Under the pieces are notes generated by a model. That model did not search any database, was not told where the DNA came from, and saw nothing but the letters and a program-made list of their open reading frames with translations. Below, in pieces: positions 8,418 to 16,277 of a stretch of 32,000 bases of DNA. Numbering within the stretch: position 1 is the first letter of the stretch; every line of letters starts with the position of its first letter. This DNA comes from Sphingobium bisphenolivorans. GTDB taxonomy: Bacteria > Pseudomonadota > Alphaproteobacteria > Sphingomonadales > Sphingomonadaceae. Location: NCBI RefSeq assembly GCF_000412635.1, contig NZ_ASTG01000006.1:3254-35253 (forward strand), read 5' to 3'. Made by a program: the position numbers and the translations under genes.

Positions 8418-8446
8418 GCACAGAAACCTCTTGAGCGCCCAAGCGC

Positions 8447-8842
8447 CTATTCCACCGCGATCACCCGCGCCAGGGGCTGCATCGGGTGCGTCACCACGCT
8501 CACCTCCACCACCTCCAGGTCCAGCAGTTCGCGCGGCCCATGCCCCCGCGCAGCCCGCACCCGATAGCCGAACGAGAGCCCGTCCACCGCCTTCTCCCGC
8601 AGCGCCCGCGCCGCCTCCCGCCCCGCCGCCGTTCGCGCCGACACCCGCCCGATCACCCGCAGGCCGCGCGCATCCTCCTCGATCCGCTCGACCGTGCCGA
8701 TCGCCTCCCCCGGCCGATGCTGCCACAGCAGCGGCACCCCCGCCGCCGCTCCCGCAAAGGCGCCCGCCCGCACCACGTCGCCACCGCGATCGACCCGGTC
8801 GAACACCGCCGCATAGCCGGCGAAGCGCAGATCCCCGCTCAC
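8447..8842 (-). CDS. GTA g4-like HK97-family prohead protease
   Basis: 131 aa, MSGDLRFAGYAAVFDRVDRGGDVV...LLWQH...DGLSFGY (His/Ser contexts). GTGA overlap at 8839-8842. Confidence 0.85.
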   Translation of the reverse strand: MSGDLRFAGYAAVFDRVDRGGDVVRAGAFAGAAAGVPLLWQHRPGEAIGTVERIEEDARGLRVIGRVSARTAAGREAARALREKAVDGLSFGYRVRAARGHGPRELLDLEVVEVSVVTHPMQPLARVIAVE

Positions 8843-9159
8843 GCCCGCACCAGCCCCAGCAGCCCCAGCTTCACCGCCATGCCCAGCAGCAGCAGCGCCA
8901 TCACGATCCGCACGGCCCAGGCGACGACAGCGCCCCGCGCCGCCTTCTTGGCGTCACGCCAGGCGCCCAGCAGCTCGCGCAATTCCCGCACGTCGCCTTC
9001 AGCGCTCCGGTCGGCCAGCCCCAGCCGCTCCAGCGCCCGCCCGGCGCCCAGCTCGCTCGCCTCCTCGACCAGCGCCCGGATCATCAGCATGTCGCACCCC
9101 ACCGGCTGCGCTTCCGCCTGAGCCACCAGCCGGGCCAGCATCTCCCCATCATATTTCAT
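8839..9159 (-). CDS. small C-terminally membrane-anchored protein at the g3.5 position
   Basis: Inner part of track ORF 8839..9303. ATG at 9159 forms an ATGA overlap with the portal stop (9156). MKYDGEMLARLVAQAEAQ... ends in the hydrophobic helix AVVAWAVRIVMALLLLGMAVKLGLLGLV. Confidence 0.6.
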   Translation of the reverse strand: MKYDGEMLARLVAQAEAQPVGCDMLMIRALVEEASELGAGRALERLGLADRSAEGDVRELRELLGAWRDAKKAARGAVVAWAVRIVMALLLLGMAVKLGLLGLVRA

Positions 9160-10295
9160 CGTGCCGCTCCCATCCCCAGCATCGCCCGCTTCTCTTCCCC
9201 GCTCAGGAAGTCCGCCGCCGCCACCCTGTCCCACAGCGCCCCGCGCTCCTCGGCCAGCGCCGGCACGGCATCCAGGTCGGCGCGCAGACAAAGCTCCGGC
9301 CACCAGCCTTGCAGCCCCTGCGCCAGCCCGCCGAAAATCTTGCCCAGCAGCGGCAGGATCGTCTGCCGCCAGAGCGCCCGGTTGGCCTCGCGATAATTGG
9401 CATAGGCATTGTCGCCCGGCAGCCCCATCAGCATCGGCGGCACCCCAAAGGCCAATGCGATCTCCCGCGCCGCCGCCGCCTTCAGCCCCACGAAATCCAT
9501 CTCGGCCGGCGTCAGGCTCATCGCCTTCCAGCTGAGCCCCCCTTCCAGCAGCATCGGCCGCCCTGCATTGGCCGCGCCGGAAAAGGCGACCTCCATCTCC
9601 CGCTTCACGCGCTCGAACTGTTCCGGGCTCATCACCGACCCGTCGCCCGGCTCATAGACCATCGCGCCCGAAGGCCGCGCGGCATTGTCGAGCAGCGCCT
9701 TGTTCCACACCGTCGCGGCATTGTGGATCGCCACCGCGCCCGCAGCCGCGCCGATGCATCCCAAGCCATAATGATCGTCCAGCGGATGCAGCGCCTTCAA
9801 ATGGATGATGCTCGTCCGTCCGGCGCTATCCTGGGGCGAGAGCCGCGTCACGCTATCCCCGACACGATAGAGATAGGCAGCCGGCCACCCCCGCCCGTCC
9901 GCCTCGACGCTCACCCGCTCGGGCCGCAGCGCGTATAGCTCAGCCGGTAGTCCGTCCGCCCCCAGCAGCATCTGCACATAGCCGTTGCCATGCAGCAGCA
10001 GATGGCTCGCCAGCGTCTCGACCAACGGCTGCCCCGCCGAACAATGGGTCAGCAGCGCGGCGATCTTCCTTCGCTCCCGCTCTTCCACGCCGGCGACCGT
10101 CAGGGCGGTCCCGCTCGCGCCCTCCGCCACCAGCCGCATCGCCCGCTGCGCCACCGGATTGCCCAGCACCGCCGCGCGCACCTGCGCCTCATAGGATGCG
10201 GGCCATTCGCCCAGCGCGACGCCGCCCGATCCCCAGGCGCGCGCCAGCACCGGCCGCGCGCCCCCGCGCGCCGCTTTCGTCCCGAAAAATTTCAT
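9156..10295 (-). CDS. GTA g3-like portal protein
   Basis: 379 aa with phage portal (HK97-type) character, e.g. LLLHGNGYVQML and FGVPPMLMGLPGDNAYANYREANRALWRQTILP. Confidence 0.9.
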   Translation of the reverse strand: MKFFGTKAARGGARPVLARAWGSGGVALGEWPASYEAQVRAAVLGNPVAQRAMRLVAEGASGTALTVAGVEERERRKIAALLTHCSAGQPLVETLASHLLLHGNGYVQMLLGADGLPAELYALRPERVSVEADGRGWPAAYLYRVGDSVTRLSPQDSAGRTSIIHLKALHPLDDHYGLGCIGAAAGAVAIHNAATVWNKALLDNAARPSGAMVYEPGDGSVMSPEQFERVKREMEVAFSGAANAGRPMLLEGGLSWKAMSLTPAEMDFVGLKAAAAREIALAFGVPPMLMGLPGDNAYANYREANRALWRQTILPLLGKIFGGLAQGLQGWWPELCLRADLDAVPALAEERGALWDRVAAADFLSGEEKRAMLGMGAAR

Positions 10296-10309
10296 GCAAA
10301 CCCCGCCAC

Positions 10310-10337
10310 AAAAAATCCTCCCCGCTCGGGGGAGGAT
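10310..10337 (-). terminator. canonical intrinsic terminator downstream of the glycine-zipper gene, 14 nt upstream of the portal ATG
   Basis: Minus-strand RNA AUCCUCCCC-CGAGC-GGGGAGGAU (9-bp perfect stem) followed by UUUUU. Confidence 0.65.
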
Positions 10338-10392
10338 AGTGAAGCCCGGCGACGATCAGCCGCCTAACGAAAGATGGAAAGGGGCGACGCCC

Positions 10393-10734
10393 TCAAGGAT
10401 TGCGGGCCAATACCCGGTCGCAAGCCGCGTTCGTGCCCTCGCTCTTGCCGATCACCCGGCCCGCGACCGCTCCCGCCGCACCAGCCAGCAGCGATTCACC
10501 CAGGCTCCCGCCCGCCAGCGCCCCCACGCCAGCCCCGCCGGCCGCGCCGATCACAGTGCCGCGGTCGCGCCCTTTCTTCCCCTGAAGCAGGCAATAGCGC
10601 ACCTCGTCCCTATCCCGTGGCGCCGCCCGCGCCACCCGCGCGCGCTCCTTGCCGTTGAGCGAAGCGGCGAGAGCCGGGGTTGTCGCCACAGCCATGCCAG
10701 CCAGAACCATCACAAATTTAGCGCCCATTTTCAT
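10393..10734 (-). CDS. secreted glycine-zipper protein (Gly-zipper/17-kDa-antigen-like) inserted between terL and portal
   Basis: Signal peptide MKMGAKFVMVLAGMAVATTPALA. Gly-zipper GAAGGAGVGALAGGSLG..AGAAGAVAG. AGGAGG SD. Confidence 0.75.
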   Translation of the reverse strand: MKMGAKFVMVLAGMAVATTPALAASLNGKERARVARAAPRDRDEVRYCLLQGKKGRDRGTVIGAAGGAGVGALAGGSLGESLLAGAAGAVAGRVIGKSEGTNAACDRVLARNP

Positions 10735-10764
10735 ATCTCAAGCTCCTCCTAGATCGCCTGAATA

Positions 10765-10790
10765 TACGCCAGGAGCCGCAGCGCAGTTCC
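10765..10790 (-). promoter_or_regulatory. ECF (EcfG/general-stress-type) promoter-like element GGAAC-N17-CGTA upstream of the glycine-zipper gene
   Basis: Minus strand reads GGAAC tgcgctgcggctcctgg CGTAtatt, about 30 nt upstream of the ATG at 10734. The alphaproteobacterial EcfG consensus is GGAAC-N16-17-CGTT, so there is one mismatch. Confidence 0.4.
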
Positions 10791-10900
10791 GGCACCCCGA
10801 CACTCCCCCTGTTCCTGCGATCCGAAGAAGGCCGTCGGCCAACGCAGGAACCCGGCTCGAACGGCGGGGCGGGGCTCCTGTCCGCAGGAGCACGACATCC

Positions 10901-12223
10901 CTAAATTATCCGCACCCGCGCGTCCGACCACCGCCCCAGCATCAACTCGGTCAACGCCCAGACCAGCGCATCCGCCCGGTCCGGCGACCGCCCCGGCCCG
11001 ACATAGCCGCCGCCCATCACCATGCCGCACATCTGGTCTTCCAGCTGCCAGAGGGCGCCGCGATGCGCCACGCGCCCTGCCTCGTAGAGCGCCGCCACCG
11101 GCTCCGCCCGCGCCACCTTGCCCCGGCTCGCATGGACCAGCCGCACCGGCAAAGCGGCCTCCGCCGCCCGCAGCACGCTCTCGACCATCGCGCCGCCATT
11201 ATTGGCTTCAGCGACAACCCGGTCGGCACCATGCGCGACTGCCGCCGCTGCGACCGCGCGCGCCCAGCCCTCCGGCCTCATGCCCTCGACAGTAGCGTCG
11301 GCAATGACATAGGCGCGCCCGTCACCGCCCAGGCCAGCAACGACAATCCCGCAGGCATCGCCATCGGCGGAAGCGGGCGGGTCCACCGCCACCACTACCC
11401 GCGACAGCGTGCCCCCTTGCGGCACATGCGGCACCCGGCATCGCTCCAGCAGATCGCGGCTCCACAGCGCGCCCTGCACATCCTCGATCAGTTCACCGTG
11501 CAGCTCCTGCCGCCCGAGCCGCGTGCCGCCATAGCTGCGCTCCATCGCGGCGACGAAGCCGTCCGCCAGATGCGCCGCATTGTCCGCCGTCCGCCCCCGC
11601 GTCACCACGACATCCGCGCCGTCCCGCGCCACCAGCCCGCACACCAGCGGCACCGGACGCGGCGTGGTCGTCGCCAGCACACGCGGCCGCGCGCCCAGCC
11701 GCATGCCCATCATCAGATTGTCCCAGCACATCTCGCCCGCCGGCCATTTCGCGATTTCGTCGGCCCAGCCATGGCTGAACTGGGGCCCGCGCAGGCTCTC
11801 CGGCTCCGCCGCGCCGAACAGCGACGCGACCGCGCCATTGGGCCACAGCAGCCTGCGCAGAGCGGGCGAGAAGACCGGCCGGTTCCACCAGGGTGCCACC
11901 GCCAGGATTCCCGACGGTCCCTCCACCATCACGGCGCGCGTCTCGCCCAGCGTCGCCCCAACGATAGCGATCCGCGCCGATGGGTCATTTTCCGCGATCG
12001 TCCTGACCCATTCGGCGCCCGCCCGTGTCTTGCCGAAGCCGCGCCCGGCCATCATCAGCCAGATGGTCCAGTCACCCCCCGGCGCCAGTTGTTCCGGTCG
12101 CGCCAGCCACCGCCAGTCATGCGCCAGCGCCTCGGCCGCCGCGCCGTTCAGGCCGGCCAGCACCCGCTCGCGCTCCGCTTCGGGCAAGCGCGCCAGCCGC
12201 TCGAAATCCGAAAGGCTCCCCAT
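10901..12223 (-). CDS. GTA g2-like terminase large subunit
   Basis: Track ORF 10901..12247. Walker A GRGFGKT. The preferred start is ATG at 12223 (MGSLSDFERLARL), preceded by AAGGAG; ATG at 12247 is an alternative. Confidence 0.9.
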   Translation of the reverse strand: MGSLSDFERLARLPEAERERVLAGLNGAAAEALAHDWRWLARPEQLAPGGDWTIWLMMAGRGFGKTRAGAEWVRTIAENDPSARIAIVGATLGETRAVMVEGPSGILAVAPWWNRPVFSPALRRLLWPNGAVASLFGAAEPESLRGPQFSHGWADEIAKWPAGEMCWDNLMMGMRLGARPRVLATTTPRPVPLVCGLVARDGADVVVTRGRTADNAAHLADGFVAAMERSYGGTRLGRQELHGELIEDVQGALWSRDLLERCRVPHVPQGGTLSRVVVAVDPPASADGDACGIVVAGLGGDGRAYVIADATVEGMRPEGWARAVAAAAVAHGADRVVAEANNGGAMVESVLRAAEAALPVRLVHASRGKVARAEPVAALYEAGRVAHRGALWQLEDQMCGMVMGGGYVGPGRSPDRADALVWALTELMLGRWSDARVRII

Positions 12224-12310
12224 GCACCCCTGCTCCTTTCGCCACATTCTGCCTTATTTTCGGGCTCCGGCCCTTTTCGCGGCGCATGCCCCGAACCTAT
12301 ATGCCTCGCC

Positions 12311-12751
12311 ATGTCTTCGATCCGACCCGCCCGCGCCGCCGATGGTGCCCGCCTGCTCGACATCTGGCGCAGCGCCGTCGATGCGACCCATGATTTTCTC
12401 TCGGCGCAGGACCGCTTCGCCATAGAGCAGGAAGTGTCCGCCTCGCTTCCCAATGCTCCCGCCTGGCTCGCAACCGATCCCGATGATCGCGCGGTCGGCT
12501 TCATGCTGATCGACGGCACGCATATGGATGCGCTCTTCATCGATCCCGAATGGCGCGGCCAAGGGATCGGCCGCCTCCTCGTCGAGCATGGCCTTGCCCT
12601 GCACCCAACGCTTACGACCGACGTCAACGAACAGAATGAACAGGCGATCGGCTTCTACGAACGTCTCAACTTCGCCCGCACGGGCCGTTCGGACACGGAT
12701 GGACAGGGCCGCCCCTACCCTCTCCTCCACCTACGCCACGCGCCCGCCTAG
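12311..12751 (+). CDS. GNAT-family N-acetyltransferase
   Basis: Last 146 codons of the 700-aa track ORF 10649..12751. MSSIRPARAADGARLLDIW... with the acetyl-CoA motif RGQGIGRLLVEH. Confidence 0.8.
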   Translation: MSSIRPARAADGARLLDIWRSAVDATHDFLSAQDRFAIEQEVSASLPNAPAWLATDPDDRAVGFMLIDGTHMDALFIDPEWRGQGIGRLLVEHGLALHPTLTTDVNEQNEQAIGFYERLNFARTGRSDTDGQGRPYPLLHLRHAPA

Positions 12752-12955
12752 ACCATCCGGCCTCGCGGCCATTTCGCCCGAACCATCTCCGGCGCCGAAC
12801 GCAGATTGCCTCTTCACATCTTGCCGCCTCACCCTCCCGCTCCGCTGCATCCCCGACAACCCTCCGCCGTTCCCCAAATATCGTCACCCCGGGCTCCCGC
12901 TGCCTGCCCCGTCGCGTCCAGCGCAGCGCAGGAGGCCTGACGCCGGAACATCCCG

Positions 12956-13531
12956 TCACCCCTCATCCTCACCCTTCGCCCGGACAGCCTCCAACGCCGC
13001 ACGCAGCCGCTCCACCGCGTCGTCCCCATCCGGGCGCTCCGCCTTTTCTCTCAGGCGCCCGGCTTCCCGCTCCACTTCAACGGCATGCTTCTCCAGCAGC
13101 AGCGCTGCGATTCGGTGAGGATAGCTTTTCCTGATCTTCCGGCTCTTCACCGCGCCCTCGCCATCCAGCACGATCTCCTCCTCCTCGACGCCGAACAACG
13201 ACTGCCGCAGCAACTGGGTCTGAAGTTCCGCATATCCGACATCCAGCGCCCGCGCCCATTCGCGCGCGAAGCTGCTGCTGCGCCGCTTGTGATAATAGGC
13301 GGTCGACAGATTGATCCCCGCCACCCGCGCCGCCTCGCTGACATTGCAGGTCCCCGCCAGCGTCTCCAGGAAGATCCTGTGCCGCTCGGGCGTCAGCCCG
13401 TCCTTGCGTCTTGCCCGCAGTTGCGGTCCGCTGCCGAAAGCCCCCAACTGGTTGTGCTGCAGGGTCATCGTGCGGTCCGGCGCATCGCTGGCCCTGCCGC
13501 CAAAGCGCGCCTTGTTCACCTTGTCCGTCAT
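12956..13531 (-). CDS. HTH protein resembling phage terminase small subunits (TerS-like)
   Basis: Inner part of track ORF 12956..13657. ATG at 13531 sits 6 nt after a GGGGGG run. GLTPERHRIFLETLAGTCNVSEAARVAGINLSTAYYHKRRSSSFAREWARALDVGYAEL matches the HTH-plus-helical pattern of many alphaproteobacterial phage TerS proteins. Assigned by pattern only. Confidence 0.45.
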   Translation of the reverse strand: MTDKVNKARFGGRASDAPDRTMTLQHNQLGAFGSGPQLRARRKDGLTPERHRIFLETLAGTCNVSEAARVAGINLSTAYYHKRRSSSFAREWARALDVGYAELQTQLLRQSLFGVEEEEIVLDGEGAVKSRKIRKSYPHRIAALLLEKHAVEVEREAGRLREKAERPDGDDAVERLRAALEAVRAKGEDEG

Positions 13532-13681
13532 GCCCATCCCCCCGTCACCGAAAGACGAAGGGCCAGTCCTCTCTTCAAGGACCGGCCCGCACCGCCGCAT
13601 CAGCGACTCACATTTTCCAGTGTCGCCATCTTTGCCAGAACAGCGTGACGATGTCAAGAAAAATGTTCCAGATCGGTTAGT

Positions 13682-14329
13682 TCATGATGCGGCCATACGC
13701 TGGATCATGGGCTCCTCGGCCGCCAGGGCGGAAGCGAAACTCGGCCGCTCCATGATCTGCTGCAGCCAGCGTTGCACCTTGGGCCAACGCCCGTTTGCCG
13801 GCACCTCGCTGCAATAGCCGATGTTGATCAACGGGCAGGCAACCGCGATATCTGCAAGCGTGAAGCGCCCCTCCACCAGGAAGCCGCTGTCCGCCATCAC
13901 CGTTTCAAGATAGTCCAGCGCCCGGGGCAGAGCCTCTGCTTCAGCCTGCGCGGCCGCGTCCAGATCCTGCGGAAGGCCCAGCAGCGGAGCGACCATCCGA
14001 TGAAAGAATATCGCGCCCCCCGCCGGCTGGACGATGGTGTCGCCAAACTCCTCATACCAGATCGTCCGGGCTCTTGCCCTGGCTTCCGTCGGGATCAGAT
14101 TGGGCTCGGGGTACAGCGTGTCCAGATAGGTTATGATGGCGCTACTGTCGCTGATCAGGAAGTCGCCATCCTTAAATGCGGGCATCTTCCCGAAGGGCGA
14201 CGCTTCCTGGAAAATCTGACCGCCTTGGCCGAAGCCGCCGGGTTGCAGTTCCAGCTCGACGCCCTTCTCCGCCGCGAAGACGATCACCTTGCGCACAAAG
14301 GGCGAGGGCCCCGCTCCATACAAGATCAT
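13682..14329 (-). CDS. glutathione S-transferase
   Basis: 215 aa, MILYGAGPSPFVRKV... (thioredoxin-like N-domain with SPF) plus a helical C-domain. Confidence 0.8.
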   Translation of the reverse strand: MILYGAGPSPFVRKVIVFAAEKGVELELQPGGFGQGGQIFQEASPFGKMPAFKDGDFLISDSSAIITYLDTLYPEPNLIPTEARARARTIWYEEFGDTIVQPAGGAIFFHRMVAPLLGLPQDLDAAAQAEAEALPRALDYLETVMADSGFLVEGRFTLADIAVACPLINIGYCSEVPANGRWPKVQRWLQQIMERPSFASALAAEEPMIQRMAAS

Positions 14330-14377
14330 GCATCATTCCCCTTCTCATCTTGCGGTCCGCTGCCCGTGCAGCGGAAT

Positions 14378-15187
14378 TCATCCACCGTCGCCGCTTCCTG
14401 TGCTCGCCACGCTCTGCCGGTAATCGATCCTGATGCGGACCCAGCTGCCCACCATCACCTTGCCATTGACCCGGGGCGGCAACACGAGGAATTGCCATGC
14501 CGCCAGCCGGACCGCCTTGGCAAAGCCCGATCCCAGCGGGGATTCGCCCAGCGCCTGGCAATTTTCGACATGATAATTGTCCACCGTCTTGCAGGCGACC
14601 AGCCCCCACCCCGCGCGCGGTGCGTCGCTCGGCAGGTAGCTCGCCAGTTCCGTATGGGTGGGCCGTCGATACCATTCCGCCTCGAACAGCTGGACGCCGC
14701 CCGGCCCCTCTCCCGGGCCGGAAACGGCTGCACTGTTCCCCTTCCCGGGCGTACCTTCGCTGCCACCGCTTGCCGGCGCTTTGGCGATGTTGGCTGCGGC
14801 CATCTGCTGACTATCGAGCACCAGGAACGGCAGGGGCGAAGGCAGCTGCGGCAAAGGCCGCGCCACCGGCAGCAGCGGCCTCAATTCCGGCTTAACCAGC
14901 GGCTCCGGCCGTTTTTTCTCCGGGACCTGCCGTTCGGGCTCCTTCTCGCGCTTCTTTTCCTGTTTCTCGGGCTTTTTGGCCTTGCTCTCCGCCTTCTCCT
15001 CTTTCTCCGCCTTGGGCGCAGGCGCCATTTCGAAGGTGACCGGATTGCGCAGGTCGGGCAGCTGCACGACCGGCTTGGGCGCCAGCGTCAGCAACGCCAG
15101 CAGCAATAGTCCGTTGAACAGCAGCGCGAACAGCATGCCGCCGCCGCGCTCGCGCCATTTCGGTGTCAGGGGTTGTGCAAGGGTCAA
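14378..15187 (-). CDS. TonB-family energy-transducer-like protein
   Basis: N-terminal TM helix, a Lys/Glu/Pro-rich spacer (KAEKEEKAESKAKKPEKQEKKREKEPERQVPEKKRPEP) and a TonB-C-like C-terminal domain. Confidence 0.65.
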   Translation of the reverse strand: MTLAQPLTPKWRERGGGMLFALLFNGLLLLALLTLAPKPVVQLPDLRNPVTFEMAPAPKAEKEEKAESKAKKPEKQEKKREKEPERQVPEKKRPEPLVKPELRPLLPVARPLPQLPSPLPFLVLDSQQMAAANIAKAPASGGSEGTPGKGNSAAVSGPGEGPGGVQLFEAEWYRRPTHTELASYLPSDAPRAGWGLVACKTVDNYHVENCQALGESPLGSGFAKAVRLAAWQFLVLPPRVNGKVMVGSWVRIRIDYRQSVASTGSGDGG

Positions 15188-15255
15188 TTCAGCGCGCCGC
15201 TCGATTTTCGCAAGGGCTCATGCCCAGACGCCGCAGCGCCGTGAAGGCCGTGCGC

Positions 15256-15498
15256 TCAGCACACATCCTCTTCGCGCACCACCGGGCGGCTTTCCCGCGT
15301 CGCGCGCATCCGGCTCGCCTTGTCGTCGGGGTCTGACGTCAGGATCACATGATCCTCATGCACCTCCAGCAGCACGCCCGCGAAGGGGAAGCCCTCCAGC
15401 CCGCCGGTCACCCGATAGCTCACCTGATCGCCGACCTTGAACGTCGCCGGGTCCACGTTGAAGTCGAAAGGGCAGGCGCCCTCGCCCATGCCTTGCAT
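15256..15498 (-). CDS. 80-aa hypothetical protein
   Basis: AAAAAGGAGA SD 4 nt before the ATG. High GC3. No family recognised. Confidence 0.5.
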   Translation of the reverse strand: MQGMGEGACPFDFNVDPATFKVGDQVSYRVTGGLEGFPFAGVLLEVHEDHVILTSDPDDKASRMRATRESRPVVREEDVC

Positions 15499-15627
15499 GA
15501 TGGATCTCCTTTTTTAGCGACTCTATTCTGCCGGCCACCCTCGATCAAGCGCAGCCACAAACATCCCTGCCGCGCCGTTGTCTGAAAGCGCTGGATAGCA
15601 TTCCCATTCTCGGCTAGGCCCGCCACG

Positions 15628-16266
15628 ATGCTCACCAAGCTCTATCAATGGACGCTGGCGAAAGCCGCCCACGCCCATGCCGAACGCTGGCTCTTCGCCA
15701 TCAGCTTTATGGAGTCGAGCTTCTTCCCGATCCCACCGCACCCGCTGCTCGGCCTGATGTGCCTCGCCCGGCCGGAGCGCGCGATCCGTTTCGGCTTCAT
15801 CTGCACCCTGGCGTCGGTTCTGGGCGGTCTGTTCGGCTATGCGATCGGCCATTACCTCTATGAAGCGCTAGGCCAGCAGATCCTTCAGGCGTTGGGCCTC
15901 GCCGCGAAATTCCCGGTCGCCGCCTGCTACCTGCGCGATTACGGAGCAGAGATCATCCTGATCAAGGGCGCCACGCCCATTCCGTTCAAGCTCATCACGA
16001 TAACGGCAGGCTTCATCGGCCTTTCGCTCTTCACCTTCCTTTGGGCGAGCATCCTTTCGCGCGCCTTCCAGTTCATGCTTGTCGGCTTCCTGTTCTGGAA
16101 GTTCGGCCGCCCTATCAAGGCATTCATTGAGAAATATCTGGGCCTGCTCTCCGCAGCATTTCTGCTGCTCGTTGTCGGAGGCTTTATCGCCGCCTCGACG
16201 CTCTCCGGCAACCACGGCGACAAGAGCGACAAGTGCAGTCACGCCACCATAGCCACCCTGCGCTAG
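15628..16266 (+). CDS. YqaA/DedA-family inner membrane protein
   Basis: 212 aa, multi-TM, with FMESSFFPIPPHPLL and GATPIPFKLITI motifs typical of YqaA-like DedA proteins. Confidence 0.75.
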   Translation: MLTKLYQWTLAKAAHAHAERWLFAISFMESSFFPIPPHPLLGLMCLARPERAIRFGFICTLASVLGGLFGYAIGHYLYEALGQQILQALGLAAKFPVAACYLRDYGAEIILIKGATPIPFKLITITAGFIGLSLFTFLWASILSRAFQFMLVGFLFWKFGRPIKAFIEKYLGLLSAAFLLLVVGGFIAASTLSGNHGDKSDKCSHATIATLR

Positions 16267-16277
16267 TCCGCGCCCCC

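Larger units (their letters stand above)
1..12247 (-). mobile_element. RcGTA-type gene transfer agent (GTA) head-tail structural cluster (g2 to g15 order), truncated at window start
   Basis: Colinear minus-strand terL, portal, protease, HK97 capsid, adaptor, tail terminator, major tail, chaperones, short TMP, DUF2460-like, DUF2163-like, NlpC/P60 and g15 start. ATGA/GTGA coupling at most junctions. No integrase, repressor or lysis genes. Confidence 0.85.

Noticed and set aside
697-9396. Numerous long plus-strand ORFs across the GTA cluster (e.g. 697..1833, 2175..3230, 3237..4082, 3943..5169, 6049..6948, 7704..8567, 8323..9396)
   Set aside because: All are Pro/Arg/Ala/Ser-rich, overlap strongly supported minus-strand phage-like genes, and are the expected stop-poor antisense frames of high-GC DNA.
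10871-10891. 7-bp hairpin (GCTCCTG-tccg-CAGGAGC) just after the terL stop as a terminator
   Set aside because: It is followed on the transcribed strand by a GC-rich run, not a U-tract. This is too weak to call.
10649-12310. First ~550 codons of the 700-aa plus-strand ORF 10649..12751
   Set aside because: Pro/Arg/His-rich low-complexity translation lying exactly antisense to the well-supported terL and glycine-zipper genes. Only the last 146 codons (GNAT, from ATG 12311) look like a real protein.
12254-12730. Minus-strand ORFs (12148..12627, 12254..12730) as possible g1/small-terminase genes directly upstream of terL
   Set aside because: They are antisense to a convincing GNAT gene (RGQGIGRLLVEH motif), and their translations are shadow-like.
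1-13657. Interpretation as an ordinary prophage
   Set aside because: No integrase, att-like repeat, repressor, replication or lysis genes are seen in the window. The very short tape measure and the g12-g15 set are GTA hallmarks. The left boundary is outside the window, so this cannot be fully excluded.
13629-13657. Sigma-70-type promoter for the TerS-like gene (perfect TTGACA at 13657-13652 on the minus strand)
   Set aside because: The -10 region at 17-18 nt spacing (CAAAGA/AAAGAT) is poor, and a nearby GGAAC has its CGT at the wrong spacing for an ECF promoter. It is left as a possibility only.
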